DNA of 63,514 nt, the filler included, from Hyphochytrium catenoides (taxonomy: Eukaryota; Protista; Hyphochytriomycota), in NCBI GenBank assembly GCA_900088475.1. It is 11 parts of 11 records of this genome, joined end to end, with 100 filler letters (N's around TTAATTAATTAA, not from the genome) between each part and the next. Parts side by side here need not be neighbours in the genome. Positions count along the whole stretch, not along the records: positions 29,827 to 40,811 come from FLMG01003301.1; positions 40,912 to 43,226 come from FLMG01003547.1; positions 43,327 to 54,637 come from FLMG01002819.1; 8 more parts are not named here. One strand, 5' to 3'. Positions 36,158 to 48,865 of the stretch are shown here, in pieces. Both the position numbers and the translations under genes were made by a program. Below the pieces are notes generated by a model, which was given only the letters and a program-made list of their open reading frames with translations, did not search any database and was not told where the DNA came from. Each line of letters opens with the position of its first letter. Positions within the stretch are counted from its first letter, which is position 1.

Positions 36158-37818
36158 ATGAGAGAGAAGAGAGAAAGTGATGTAGAAATACGGAGATTCG
36201 GTAAGAGGATCACACATATAAGAGACAAAAGCAAAGGAGACAAAAGAAGGAGAGAGGGAGGTAGTTGATGGGAGAGACAGAGGGAGAGAGACTGGCTTGC
36301 ACTAACGTTATAAAAGCTATCCATCTCCACCGTGCCTTTTCTGTCCTTGGGAAGGCGACTCCAGATGCCATCAATGCGGTTCACTGATATTGTGAGAGAG
36401 AGAGGAGAGAGAGAGAGAGAGAGGCAGACAGAGAGAGACGGAGAGAGAGAGAGACAGAGAGAGAGGAAGAGAAAAGGTTGATGTGAGGCACTTATGAGGA
36501 AAGAATGACTGTCTTTGCGATATTCTCTTTTCCGTCTCTTCTCAACCGCAACAGCTCTTTCCTCTTTGTCCTTGCATTTCCTTCACTATGAAAATTTGGC
36601 ACAAGCGCTTTGTCTACCTTGCTTACCCTGCCTCTCTCTTGATTCTCTCTTTCTGTCTCTCTCTTCTCTCTCTCTCACACACACCTTTTTTGTTCGTTTC
36701 CTGGAGGTTGAGAGACTCTTTCTGAATCCAGTTTCGGAGAGCGTTCTCTGCCTGCGTCACCCTTTCATACTGCCGCGAGAGACGATTATCCTTACCTACG
36801 GAGAGAGAGAGAGAGGGAGAGAGAGAAGAGTCAGAAAGAGAGAGAGCGAAAGATAGAGAGAGGGAGAGCGCAAGACACGCGCGCGAGAGAGAGGGTAAGA
36901 GAAGAGACTCTAAAGTAAAGAAGATAGAGAAACGTAGCGTATAGTGAAAGAGAGAGTGAGAGGGAAAGAAGGATGAAAAAGAGTGAGCAAAGAGGTTGAA
37001 GAGAAAGGATAGAAAAAGAGAGAGAGTGAGAGAGAGAGAGAGAGAAGAAAGAGAGCCCTTACAGATCATAAAGCGCAAGAAGTCTACGTAGTTAACAACT
37101 CCGTCTCCGTCACAGTCAAACTGATGGATTACAGCTGACAGCTCCTGCAACAGAGAGAGAGTCGTGAGGGAAAGGGAGGAGAAAGAGAGAGAAGGAAAAG
37201 AAGAAGAAGAGAGAAAAAGAGACCAGGAGGGGAGCATTTGTCAGACAAGGAGAGGGATTGGGAAGGTCTCTTCTGTTTCTGTTTGGCTTCCTCCCTCTTT
37301 CTCTCTATCGCACTTTCTCTCTTCCCTCTCCCTCTATGTTCTCTCCGCCTTATTTTATCCTCGCTTTTCCTTTATCTACTCTCTCATTGTCTCTCTTACT
37401 CTGGTTCCTCTGTTCCTCGATCCTTTATTCAATCTGCTTCGCTTGATCTCTCTCTCTCTCTCTGTCTCTTTCTTTCTCTGCGTTTCTCTTTTTTGTGTCT
37501 CTCCTTCTTTTTTCTCTCTCTCTTTTGTCTCTCTCTCTTTTGTCTCCCTCTTTTGTCTCTCTCTCTTTTGTCTCTCCCTCTTTTGTCTCTCTCTTTTGTC
37601 TCTCTCTCCTTTTCTGTTTACCTTGTTAGTGAGAGAGAGGTTGACCGCAGACGCGAGGTCTTTGAAGTCTGTTCGAGAGAGTTCTCCAGCCTTTCCTCTG
37701 TCCAAACGCATGAACTTCTCTCTAAAATCTCCGTCAGAGGAACGAAGAAGAAACTCTCGCAATGACCACACAGCCTGATCTCTTCTCAAGGAAGAAGGAG
37801 AGAGTAGTCAAAAGAGAA

Positions 37819-37851
<33 letters not shown>

Positions 37852-39028
37852 AAGACAAAAAGAATTAAAGAACAACAGTGAGGTGAGACAGAGAGGGAGA
37901 AGAGGGAGAGGGAGAGAGAGGGAGAAGAACGGAAAGAGAAGAGGGACACGTCCTTAACCTTGATTCGAGAGAACATGGAAAGCTTATTTTAGCAGTAAGA
38001 GAAGGCCGTGTTATCAGAAGCATTCTTCTGAAGTGAAAGGAGAGAGAGAGAGAGACAAAGGAAAGAATGAGAGAGAGAGAGGTTTACATTTCTGCTTCAT
38101 TCAGCTGCAAAAAGAACTCTAAGCGAGAGCCTGAGACTGCGTTCGAGCGACGTGGGTCCAAATGGTGCCAGAAGTCATCGAAGTCCTATGTAGGAGACAA
38201 GGAGAGACAGGGAGAGAAAGAGAGAGAGAAAGAGGGAGAGAACGGAGAAAATAGAGAAAGGAGACAGAAGGAAGTTGATATGCGACGTCAAGAAAGAGGG
38301 TAGAAAAAAGTTACGATAGGAGAATATCCAGGGTGGGAGATAAACAGAACAGCAAGAGGTGAGCAAAAGAGAGAGCGAGAGACAGAGACAGAGAAAAAGA
38401 GATCACGAAAGGAGACAGCGCGTATGAGAGAGAGAAAGAGAGAGGGAGAAAGAAGGTTCAGAAACTGACCTTTGCATCCAGGCTGATCTTAAGATCCTTC
38501 AACATCTTCTCGAAGCTCGCTTTTGGAATATCTCGGTCCACATTCTTCAGGAGAAAAGAGAGAGAAAGAGACAAGAGAGAACGTGAGATATGCCATTCTC
38601 TCTCACTCACAGAAAGGACAGGTTCCCTATCTTTCTGTTCGACTATGTCTCCTCCCCTCTCTCTCCTGCTTTGTCCCTCTTTGTGCATCTCGTCACGTTA
38701 TATCGCAGCTATATCTGTCTCTCTGTGTCTGTTTGTCTCTCTCTCTCTCTCTCGCCCTCTTAGTCTCTCTCTCTCTTTCCTGTTTTTCTGTCTCTCTCCT
38801 GCTGATGTTCGCTTACCGAGTATTTATGAATGATGCCATTGAAGTCCAGCTCTCGGGTCGCTTCAGAGATGGAAGCCACACGCAAAGCATCCCTCACAGC
38901 GTTCCGAATCTTCTCTCTTTGGGAGAGAAAGAGAAAAAGAAAAAAAAAAGAGAGAGAGAGAGNNNNNNNNNNNNNNNNNNNNNNNNNNNNNNNNNNNNNN
39001 NNNNNNNNNNNNNNNNNNNNNNNNNNNN

Positions 39029-39061
<33 letters not shown>

Positions 39062-39210
39062 ATGAGACGAGGGGAAAGAGATGAGGTTTGAAAAGGCAAA
39101 ATTGAAGCATTATAAAGGACGAGAGAGCGAAGAAGACAGATAAGTGCGAGAAGAGAAGATGAAGATAGACGCTATAGTTTCTTCAAAAGATTAGTTAAGG
39201 ACAGTTTTTT

Positions 39211-39249
<39 letters not shown>

Positions 39250-40121
39250 CGACAGCGAATGCTAAGAAGAGAATGAAAGAAGGACATAAAAAAAGGAAGC
39301 AGGAGAGAGAGCAGTTATTGAAAGATCAGAGAGAGACGCCAACACCAAAAGAGTACTACGTATCGCAGATAGGCACCCAGAGAGAGAGGAGAGAGAGAGC
39401 GGGAGAGAGAGAGCAAGAGAGAGCGAGTGAAAGAGAGAGAGAGAAGAGGAGAAAGAGAACGGAAGAGAGAGAGAGAGAGAAAGAGGCTGTGGGATGCTTG
39501 GCAGGTCTGTCCTACCGTTTGAAGAAGGCAGCAGTGTGCTCTGCGTCGGCGATGTGCGTGCTGAGGATCCCTCGGAGCTCCTTCAGACTGTGGCCGAGAC
39601 TCTTCCGCCTGCTCAGACTCAGATCCCGCTCACTCCCAGCGTCAAGCTGAGGGCGGAACCAGAGGAAGAACTCTAGAGAGAGAGAGAGAGAAAAGAGAGA
39701 GAGAGAGAGAGAGAGAGATGAGAGATGAGAGATGAGAGAAAGGAGGGGGAGAGAGAGAGAAAGAGAGAGGGAGAGAGAGAGTAAGGAGAGGCAAAGGAAG
39801 AGAGATATAGGGTTTGTTACTGTATGATGAACAGAGAGAGAGAGAAAGAGAAACAAGAAAGAGAGAGAGAGGATTGTACGACTGAGCGCGATTGCTCTCT
39901 CGCTGCCGTCCTGTCAAACTTGATATACCCAAATTCCTTGCCTCTTTCCTTAGCCGTTCACCTCGCTTTCTCTGGCCCGTCTCTCTCTCTCTCTCTGAAC
40001 AAGTACAAAACCTTTCTCTCTCCACACCTCCTCTCCCTGCTCTCTCTCTCTTTTTCTCTCTCTTACCTCCAGCTTTTTTGTTGGGCACAGGGGCGCCCAG
40101 CACTCTTTTGAATTCTCNNNN

Positions 40122-40167
<46 letters not shown>

Positions 40168-40717
40168 AGATGGAGAGGGGGGAATGAAAAAAAGAAGGAA
40201 GGAGGAGAGACAAGGACCCAAAGGTTTAGAGAGAGAAAGACATGCGGCGATACACAGAGAGTAACAGAAAGAGGGGAAAAAGAAGAACGAAGAGACGAGG
40301 AGTTCAAAAGGGGAAGAGAGGCGGAAAAGATGAACAAGAGAGAGAGAGGTGAAGCGGAGATAGAGAGAAACAGGGACGAGAGAAAAAGAGGAGACAGAAA
40401 GTGAGAGAGGGGCCAAAGATGTAAGGCTCGTGTTTACGAGAAGGAAGACAAAGGTGTCCAGATTGACCAAAAGAGACGGTCGGTGAGAGGTAGGGAAAAG
40501 TAAGAGAGAAGAGAGAGTCCAGGATTCTGAGCGGCGAGAAGAGAAGAGAAGGCTAGTCTAGAAAGACACCGCGAGAGAAAGGGAAAAAGAAAGAAAGAAG
40601 GCTGGGAGAGAACGAGATAACGGAAGAGAGAAAATAGGAGAAAAACTAAAGAGTGAGAGGTAGAAAAAGAGAAGAAAGAGAGAGAAGAAAGAGGGCAACC
40701 GACAAAGTAAGAGAACC

Positions 40718-40753
<36 letters not shown>

Positions 40754-40811
40754 GAATATAGTTTCATAGCTAAGGGCAGTACCTATGATGCCCTGGGTCT
40801 GTGCCTCCTGT
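30098..40811 (-). CDS. Very large multi-EF-hand Ca2+-binding protein with more than 20 short exons, partial at both ends
   Basis: EF loops FDKNGDGSLSVKEL, FDKDEDGE|VDYKEF, LDKDSDGFIDYEEF, FDRENKGRVSHADF, MDRNGDGAISLQEI, FDREKKGSLSVGDV, FDKNATG|NVPFAEF, FDCDGDGVVNYVDF and LDRGKAGELSRTDF lie in GT-AG-bounded exons across the whole contig. The exon chain was not fully resolved. Confidence 0.82.
37490..37612. repeat. Intronic minisatellite, about 15-bp unit (tctctctcttttg)n
   Basis: About 7-8 tandem copies are visible. Confidence 0.75.
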
Positions 40812-41415
40812 NNNNNNNNNNNNNNNNNNNNNNNNNNNNNNNNNNNNNNNNNNNNTTAATTAATTAANNNNNNNNNNNNNNNNNNNNNNNNNNNNNNNNN
40901 NNNNNNNNNNNATCAAGTCTGCTTTGCCTCAAGAAAGGACCGCTAAGACCTATTGACAAGATCCAGCCAGCCACCACGTACCCGGCGATCTTCTTCGCAC
41001 ACCCCGGCACCTTTGTAAGCCACCGACAATCTTAACCGGCTCCTCGTCTTCCGCTTTCCCCTCGCCGATTTCTTCTTTTCATATCACTGTCATGAAGGCA
41101 CACATTGTCTCGTCTTGTTTTCACTTCCCTACGTGAAAGTACGAAGCGGCATGAACGCTCTTTCCTCGCCGATCTTCTCTTTCGTTATGCTTTGTCGCGT
41201 GTCTCTCAATCCTGTTGTCTCGGTTGATTCTCCGGGGGGATATTAGGTTTTCCTGGCGCGGATAGAGGATGGGGCTGACCTCGGGCCTCAGTCTCAGATT
41301 TGCTCGGTCAGCCTCAGCCTCTGCCGCCCGCCCAGACTTAGACACAGCGGCAACGGAGAGGGGAGGCACAGCTGCCTGCACCTATTTGGCGCAGCAGGAA
41401 CAGTCAATCTGAAGT

Positions 41416-41742
41416 GGCGTGAGTACACTTTCGCTTGTACAGGGTCCTTCCTAAAGGCGTGAGTACACTCGTAGCGTGAGTACACTTGTCGCTTGTGCAG
41501 GGTCTTTCGTAAAGGCGTGAGTACACTCGTAGCATGTACAGGCGTAGAACCGATCCAGGCTAAGATACGGCTCGTTTTACACTGGCGTGAGCACACTGTC
41601 GCTTGTACAGGGATGTCCTAAAAGCGCTAGTACACTCGTCCCGTGTACAGGGGTGTCCTAAAAGCGTGAGTACACTCGTCGCCGCACACGGTCTTTCCTA
41701 AAGGCGTGAGTACACTCGTAGCTTGCACAGGCGTAGAACCGG
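41416..41742. repeat. Tandem array of about 40-bp units with conserved core GCGTGAGTACACTCGT
   Basis: Eight core copies near 41417, 41457, 41474, 41515, 41585, 41624, 41664 and 41704. Two higher-order blocks each end in caggcgtagaaccg. Confidence 0.9.
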
Positions 41743-42390
41743 CACTTTGAGGGAGGTTATGACACGGCCCGCCTGATACCGGCGCAAAAAATCAGCAGCC
41801 TGAGACCGGCTAAGTCACGGGCCGCGTTGGCGCTAGGCCAAAGTTCGTCTAAGACTGGCCAACAACTCGCAGTGGTGAAGTCATGTTTATTCAGACCGGG
41901 ATCGCCCCATCGATCCGAGATTTAAGGGAGCCACCTTCCAGCCAAAGGCGATGGATATCCTTTTTTTATAATACTACGCACGGCTGTAGGCGTTAGTGGT
42001 CTCGCAAGGAGGGTGGAGGCTAGGCAGAGATAGCAGAGACGATGAATGGCGGCCAGACGTCTCCTTCATTATTGTGTCACCGTCTTTCCATCAGGAGTTC
42101 CATAGCACCATCTCTCTCTTGCCGGCTTCCTCAGTCTCGGTTTCCAGAGCTTCCGTTCGCGATTACATTTTCGTCGTCGGCTACTTTCGTGACTACCGCT
42201 TCATCAATTCTCTAGCAGAGAGATCGGCTAGGACTATGGCTCCCTCCATCCGGCCTCATCATGCCTATTGTTGCCTCCTTCGTCCGGGCGACCTTGACGA
42301 TTTGTCTGGCTTTTTCTATATCACGGTGACGAGTCAGTTGAGGGCATTGCCAACGGTCCTGACGGAGGCGACGTACCAGTTACAATTCCA

Positions 42391-43226
42391 GTGCAGTTAT
42401 TGACCGACCGGTCGGTGTCAGCATCCGAGGCTGCATCAGGTATTGGGGCCTGGCTTCGATGGCCAGTAGCATTTGCTTGCAACGGGGTTTGGACATACGG
42501 CATGGTGCGGGAGTACGAATGGTTCGCTCGCCGCAGGGCAGGCAAGCTCATCATTACGCCATCTTTAGGATTGGAGGATTCACCTATCGAAGTAGATTTG
42601 CGCGGGACATCGCTCTAGCCCAGGGTTTCGCACTTTTGAGACAAGGCCTTAGCCGCGCATCCGCTGCTCAGAAGCAGCCCGTGACTGTGCCAATCCTGCT
42701 GCGCCTCTCGGACTTTATCTCTTGGTCCACACCACACCAACAACTTTTATGGGGCCTCACTATTCTGGCCTACTTTTTCCTCCTCAGAATATCGGAGTAC
42801 TGCCTCATGGGGGCAGAGACCCACTCTTGCGTTCTTAGAATCAGCGACCTACGGCTTTGGGGGGACCGTGCCGGCAGACTGTGTAGAGATAGCGCCAGGG
42901 CAGAGGAGGCAGTCTCTATCGACCTACACGGCGGCAAAAACGATCAAATTGGGAGAGGGTCTCATCGTCGCTTACAGAGGTCGGACCACTCGCTTCTGAT
43001 CCCTGTCAAGGCAGGACGTCTGCTGAAGGCGGTACACTCGGCCTGGGGTCATACAAGCGAGCGGGAGTTAGCAAGAGGACCACCGGAGGACGTGGCCAAG
43101 TTGGTGAAGCAAGCGGCAGCAGCCTGCGGACACCCACCCGAGCGGTATTCAACACACTCTCTGAGGATAGGAGGCGCCACTGCGCTAATGAATGGTCAGG
43201 CAGGCGACCTAACTATCAAGTTCTTG
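42391..43226 (+). mobile_element. DIRS/Ngaro-type retroelement remnant: tyrosine recombinase ORF (42459 to contig end) preceded by an RNase H-like fragment
   Basis: YR motifs AYFFLLRISEY (R), GGKNDQIGRG (K) and YSTHSLRIGGATAL (HxxR). Upstream SEAASGIGAW resembles the DIRS RNase H DAS..GxGA. Truncated before the catalytic Tyr. Confidence 0.8.
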
Positions 43227-44005
43227 NNNNNNNNNNNNNNNNNNNNNNNNNNNNNNNNNNNNNNNNNNNNTTAATTAATTAANNNNNNNNNNNNNNNNNN
43301 NNNNNNNNNNNNNNNNNNNNNNNNNNTCTCTCTCTCTCTCATCTCTCTCTCTTATCTCTCTCTCTCTCTCCCTCATCTCTCTCTCTCTCAATCTCTCTCT
43401 TTGGCCTCTGCTCTGGTACTTATTCCACTGTTTACGGCCACCGTTCTTTTCTTCCGCTATCTCTCAGCCGTGCGACATAACTGACCATTTCCCTGGTCAA
43501 GCAGTTGCGGCATAGCTAGAGCGTCGGCGCCGGACCCGTTTCCCGAGGTTTACTGCTCGCATCTCTTCTTCTTTTGGTGGGGACTGGGCCCAGCTCTCAC
43601 TCTCTCTAGCTTTATCTTGACGCCCACTCTAAACGTTTTGCGCCCTTTCGAGGCTCTTGATCGCCCTTCAGATCTGCCAGCTTCTTCTTCAGTCATTGGC
43701 GTCAAGATCAGCGGTTGCTTGAGAATAGCGTGTCTCTCTCTCTCTCCCTCTCTCATTTCTTTCAAGGTGTTCTCCTGCTAAAAATTCTTCCCACATTCTG
43801 AGTTTTGTTACACTCTAGCTCCATCTCGACCGCGGTCGTCCTCTCTTCTTGCCAACGCTGCACAGTATGGAGACGAGAGGGGAGAAAAAAGACTTCTCTA
43901 GATGCTCTATCAAGCATCCTTCTCTTTTCTCTCTCTGTCTCCACACCAAGTCCTCGTAGGCCAGACGGGAAAGGAGTATAGAGGGAAGAGGAAGAGGGAC
44001 AAAGA

Positions 44006-47000
44006 ATGAAGCGTCTCTCTTCTATTGTTTCTCCAAAGTCATCGCAGAGAGTAGCTGCGGCGCCTCAAGCTTCAAACGACAGAGACCGAACGGCCAATCG
44101 GGGCAAGAGCACTGGAGAGGGAGGACAAGGTTCAAACCCGGAGCACAGGAAGGCGGACACAGCACGAAGAGCTGCTTGGGCTGCCCTACTTATACAGCGC
44201 CAGTAAGGCCATGCACATTCTCTCTTTCTTGGTCTTCTCTTTCTTTCTCTCTCGCGCGTGCTCTGCCTCTCTAGCTGTACCTTTGCCTCTAAGCTCTCTC
44301 TCTCTCTCTCTCTTCCATGCACGGCTTCGAACGTGGTATATCACGCATAACATATTGCGCTTTCTCCTTCTTTTGCAGATGGAAGCGATATCAGGATAAG
44401 AAGCAGAGCGGCTGGGTATGAAGTCTCTCCCTATATTCGAACGTTTCTCTTCTGACTGTTTGCCTTGCTTTTGGTTCTCTTCTCTCTTGGGCAACTCCAC
44501 ACTTAGCTTCTCCCTCCAAGGACGTCGTCTCTGAGTGCTTCCCCTGTAGGCGCACCAGCTTCTCTCTCTCTTTGTGGAACGGCCGCCCCGGTCTAAGGGC
44601 GCCATTCGGATTCGCGTGCAGCTGATTCTCATCTATTGTGCCTACCTTGTCTGTCTTTTTGTCTCTATTCTTAGTGAGACAGAGTCAGAATATCTCTATC
44701 ATTATAAGCAGGGAGTCAAAGGTGAGGCATGAACACACCTTTCTAATCGCACTGTCCCTCTTTCTCGCTTTTTTGTCTCTCCTCTGCTTTCGCTCTCTCT
44801 CCCTCTCTCCTGTCTCCCTGTGGTCTCTCACTCTCTCCTACGTGTCTCTCTTTTTCTCTTGCCTTTCCTCATCTCTTTTCCTCTCTCTCCTCTATCTCTC
44901 CTTCTCCACGTGACTCGCACACGTGTCTCTCTGTCTCTTCTATGGCTGTGGGGACGTTTTCTCCATCTATCTCGGTTGGGGGTTCTTCTTTCTAATCTGG
45001 GATTATGTCGCGTTAACGACGCCGCATGGTGGTACGCTCTCTCTTCTTGTTCTCTCAGTGAGAATCGCCGATGGCACGTTCGAGGATCGAAGAGACAGAG
45101 ACTACCTGAGCCTATGGAATGTGACCAGTGTCTCCTTAGTGTACCAATGGCTAAACACGTCTCTCTTCGATGCACTTTACTCGCCAAGACTTCCAGAAAA
45201 CAGCCTCGGGACACTTCTAGGCCAAGACGTTATTATTGGAGGTGAGAGGATGTTGTCCCCTAGATGTGTAAGGGGAAGGATTATACAGAAGAGAGACCGG
45301 AGCAGGAAGACGCTGAGTGACTTATATGAGAGGCAGTGCCATTGCAAGGGAGAGAGAAGGATCTTTGAGTCCGCTTATGAAGACTCTGACTATCTTTATG
45401 TCAGCTTGCTGCTCTATTCTAAGCTTTTCCTGCAATGCTTGCTTGCTACTGTCACTGAAGGCGTCAGGGTTGGACAAATCCGCTCTCGCTCTATCACGTG
45501 CTCTTCTTCCATTGAAGAGGTGGAGAGAGAACAAGAAAGCTTGGGACTCCACTGCTACCGCGACCTCTCTTTTGATAGCGGCATTTCTTGGGGCTTTGAG
45601 GACCAGCAGGACTTCGGGATTGGTAGTCCTCTCTTCCAGTGGCGAGGAGAACTTGGCAACATGACAGAGGTGACGGCAGGATCCGACTATGAAGAGTGAA
45701 AGGCTCATTGCTGGATTCTTATCGTCTGCTGAAGAGACAAGTTTCCTGCACCTCTACTCTGTGTGATCCGTCCTGCTGTCCCGTCTTTTTCTGTCTCTCG
45801 CTATGCCTTCAGATGTTTGCGACCTTCCCTTGAACCCCTCGGTTGCTCAGAGCTTCTCAGTGTCTCTCTCTTTCGCCTATGTCTCCCTTTTCTCTCTCTC
45901 ATTCTCCCCTATCTCTGTGCCATAACCTAATTTTCTCCTCCCATGGGTCGGAGTCATCCTGCTCTCTTTTACCCATACCTCGTGCACTAGTCGCATCACT
46001 CAAAGTCTCTCTTTTGCTTCTACGTCTTCTCCGTCCTGTTCTGGTATAAGTCTTGGTGGTGCCTGACTGGTACTCTCTGTCTTTCTTATCTTTATCCCTC
46101 TGCAGAGTGAGCGAACTCAGCTCTTCTCTTGGACGCGAGGGAAGCTGTACAGCAGCATCCCGTCTCCTGCCTATACCCTCACTTTCCCACGGACGTCTCT
46201 TTCTACGGCAAGGGCTCTATTACTCTCTCTCATTGAGAGGAGCTACCTAGACAGCGCTACTCGAGTCCTCTTTCTTGACCTTAACACCTACGATCCGGTC
46301 AACGACGCGATCCTCGTCGTGCGCATCTTGTTTGAGTTCCAGCCATTTGGAGGCATCATTCCGTCTTATCAATCGATGATAGGAAGGAACTATCCGCAGT
46401 ACTTTCGGCTAGTCAAGAACCCGGCATCAGACGTGCTCGTCCATCTTTTCTATCTCTATTTCCTGATAGGCGTGGCGCTGAATGTGCGCATGAAGGGCTG
46501 GGATTACATCTCTGCCGGGCATAACCTTCCCCATTTCCTCAATATTCTTCTCTTTTTAGTCATCATAATATATAGGTAAGAACTAAGGAACGGACTGCGA
46601 TTACCTTTCTTCCTTTATCTTATTCTCTGCACTCAGACTTCGCTAAACTTCTGATTGTCTGTCTATGTCGGATGGCTGGCAGCACCGTTCCTCTCTTTTG
46701 GCGTCTTAGGGACAAGCTGAGAGGCTGTGTGTCTCTGTTGGCCATCTCTGCCATAAGATGCTTGGCAGTGGAAGTTTTTGCCGAGCATTTCCTGCTGTTA
46801 AGAGTGTTCGATATTGGCTCCAGATGTTCCACTTCCTTGCTTGCCTTTTACTCAGCCAAGAACTTAAGCTTTCGTGATAGACCTATTGGCGATAGCGTTC
46901 TTTGGCTCTCCTGACGTTTGTCTCTCTCTTCTCTGCCCCCAAAATGTCCAACTTTGACGTCTTTCTCCCCAGGTACATGGCTGCCTTCGTCCTCTATCCT

Positions 47001-48393
47001 TCAGGCTTCAACGTCCAAGGGGATGAGTACGTCCCACTGTGGGCCTTCGCGGCGATAACCCAGACCATCAAGTATCTCTACTCTCTCTGTCTCTTCTTTT
47101 CTCTCTTTCTCATGATCTCTTACCTTCAGATTATCCCACAGTTTGCGCTCGTCGGAGATATCATCCTTAAAACGGCCGCAAGGGTGGTCGGACTCTTTAC
47201 TCTCTTCTCTCTCTTTCTATTAGGCTCCGCGAGCGCATTCGTTACGAGCTTCGGCTCATCTCTCTCTTCTTTCAAGACGTTTGGAGACAGCTTCTACACT
47301 ATCGTGGAGGCCGTGGTCGGGAGAAATGGGCTGTTGGAGCTGAGAGAGGCTCATCCTTTCATGGGACCTCTTCTGTACGTCTTCTGCATTGCAAGCGTGG
47401 TCCTTGTGGGACTCAATATTATGATAGGTGGGTCTCCTGATCGGAGTGAGAGGCTATAGGAGAACTTAAGAAACTAAGAGAGGAGAAGCATGAGTGAGGG
47501 AGAGAGAGAGAGTGAAGAGCAGAGAGTAGATCGCGATGGAGAGATATAAAGCCAGTGAGAGTGGAGAAGTAGCCTAGGGCAGAAAAGTGAGTAAGTGGTG
47601 CCAGAAGGGCCATGCCGTGGGGCTTGTGTGTCTTCTTGTCCTGCTCTGACTCTTCTTCACCCCCTCGTCTCGGTCTGCAGCCATCATCCTTGTGGCATAC
47701 TCTATCAGTAACATGGAGAACCAGTCCATGGAAGACGTGAAGCTTGGAGAAGAAATTCTCAATGTTTGCCAGTATTATCTCTTTAAGATACCTTTTATAG
47801 GGAAAAGAGCAAGACAGAGATGGGCGAAGAGAATGGCCAAGAAGAATAAAGAGGAGGTCATCGAGTCCAGACGAGCAAAAGAAGAAAGAATCCGCTCAAA
47901 TAGAAGTATGAGCAGGACTCGCTTTGAGTCCCCGCCTCGCTCTCCTAAGAAAGATGTACCAGCCAGTGCCCCGGACGAAGACGGTGGAGAGGGAGCTACC
48001 AGCGGTGAACGAGGAGCAGAGAACTATCAAGGGGGGCAGAAGCGAACGTTAGGGAAGAAAAGTCTCTCTAAGCAAGGAGCGTCTCACTCGCGCTTCTCTC
48101 TTGGTGATCCTTCTCCCTTTTCTCTCTCTGGCGCTCCACTTCCTGATTTCCTAGAGCTGGAGGAGATGACAAAGGACATTAAGCTTCTCCAAGGCATGGT
48201 CCTACAACTTGCGATCTACCAGGAAGAGTCACAGAAGACGATTTCTTCCCTGCAGAACGATGTGAAAGGGATGCACCAACTTCTAGAAAGTCTGTCTCAA
48301 GGAGCAGCGTCCTCTGGGGGCGGAGTCTTTGGAGAGAGAAGAAGATCGAGTCTGCTTCCCTTCTCTGGCCCGCCTACCCCTAATCTTGGCTAG
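44006..48393 (+). CDS. Polycystin-2 (PKD2/TRPP)-like cation channel with N-terminal IQ-like motif and C-terminal coiled coil, multi-exon
   Basis: TOP-domain motifs IIGG|VRVGQIRSRSITC and YLDSATRVLFLDLNTYDPVNDAILVVRILFEFQPFGGIIPS. Pore/S6 region FGSSLSSFKTFGDSFYTIVEAVVGR...AHPFMGPLLY...GLNIMIAII. IQ-like AALLIQRQ|WKRY. Coiled coil LEEMTKDIKLLQGMV. Confidence 0.85.
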
Positions 48394-48865
48394 CACCTCT
48401 AGTCCCAANNNNNNNNNCCCCATAGACATCCTTCTGACTGTCGCCACAGCTGGGTAAGCCATAAATAAGAGTTCTCCTTGTCTCGTCCAATCTATCCAAG
48501 ACAGCTGTACGCTGGAAGGTCACGACCAATTGACAGCCACACCGCCAAGAGAGTCCGATCAAATGCACACAAGTAGGACACTGGCCACTCGCAGTGCTGA
48601 AGATTAACAGCAGGTCCAGGAAGCCCACAGAGTGATTGGACCTCTGCCTCAGACTAGACGCTACTGAATCTGGGCCTTGATGCCTCGCAGTTGACTAATC
48701 ATGGCGTAAAGAGGCGCATTCTGCTTTGCACGGTTCACATACTGACGATGAGACTCCAAAAGCCGAGCTGGGAGAGGTCATAAGGCAATCGATTAGCAGC
48801 AAGAAAGATGGGAAGAGATGGAAAGACAGAGAGTGGGCCGATATAAGGAGACAGAGCAGGAAAGC

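Noticed and set aside
41416-41742. CRISPR array
   Set aside because: The inter-repeat segments are homologous rather than unique spacers, the core is about 16 bp and there are no cas genes. Kept as a tandem array.
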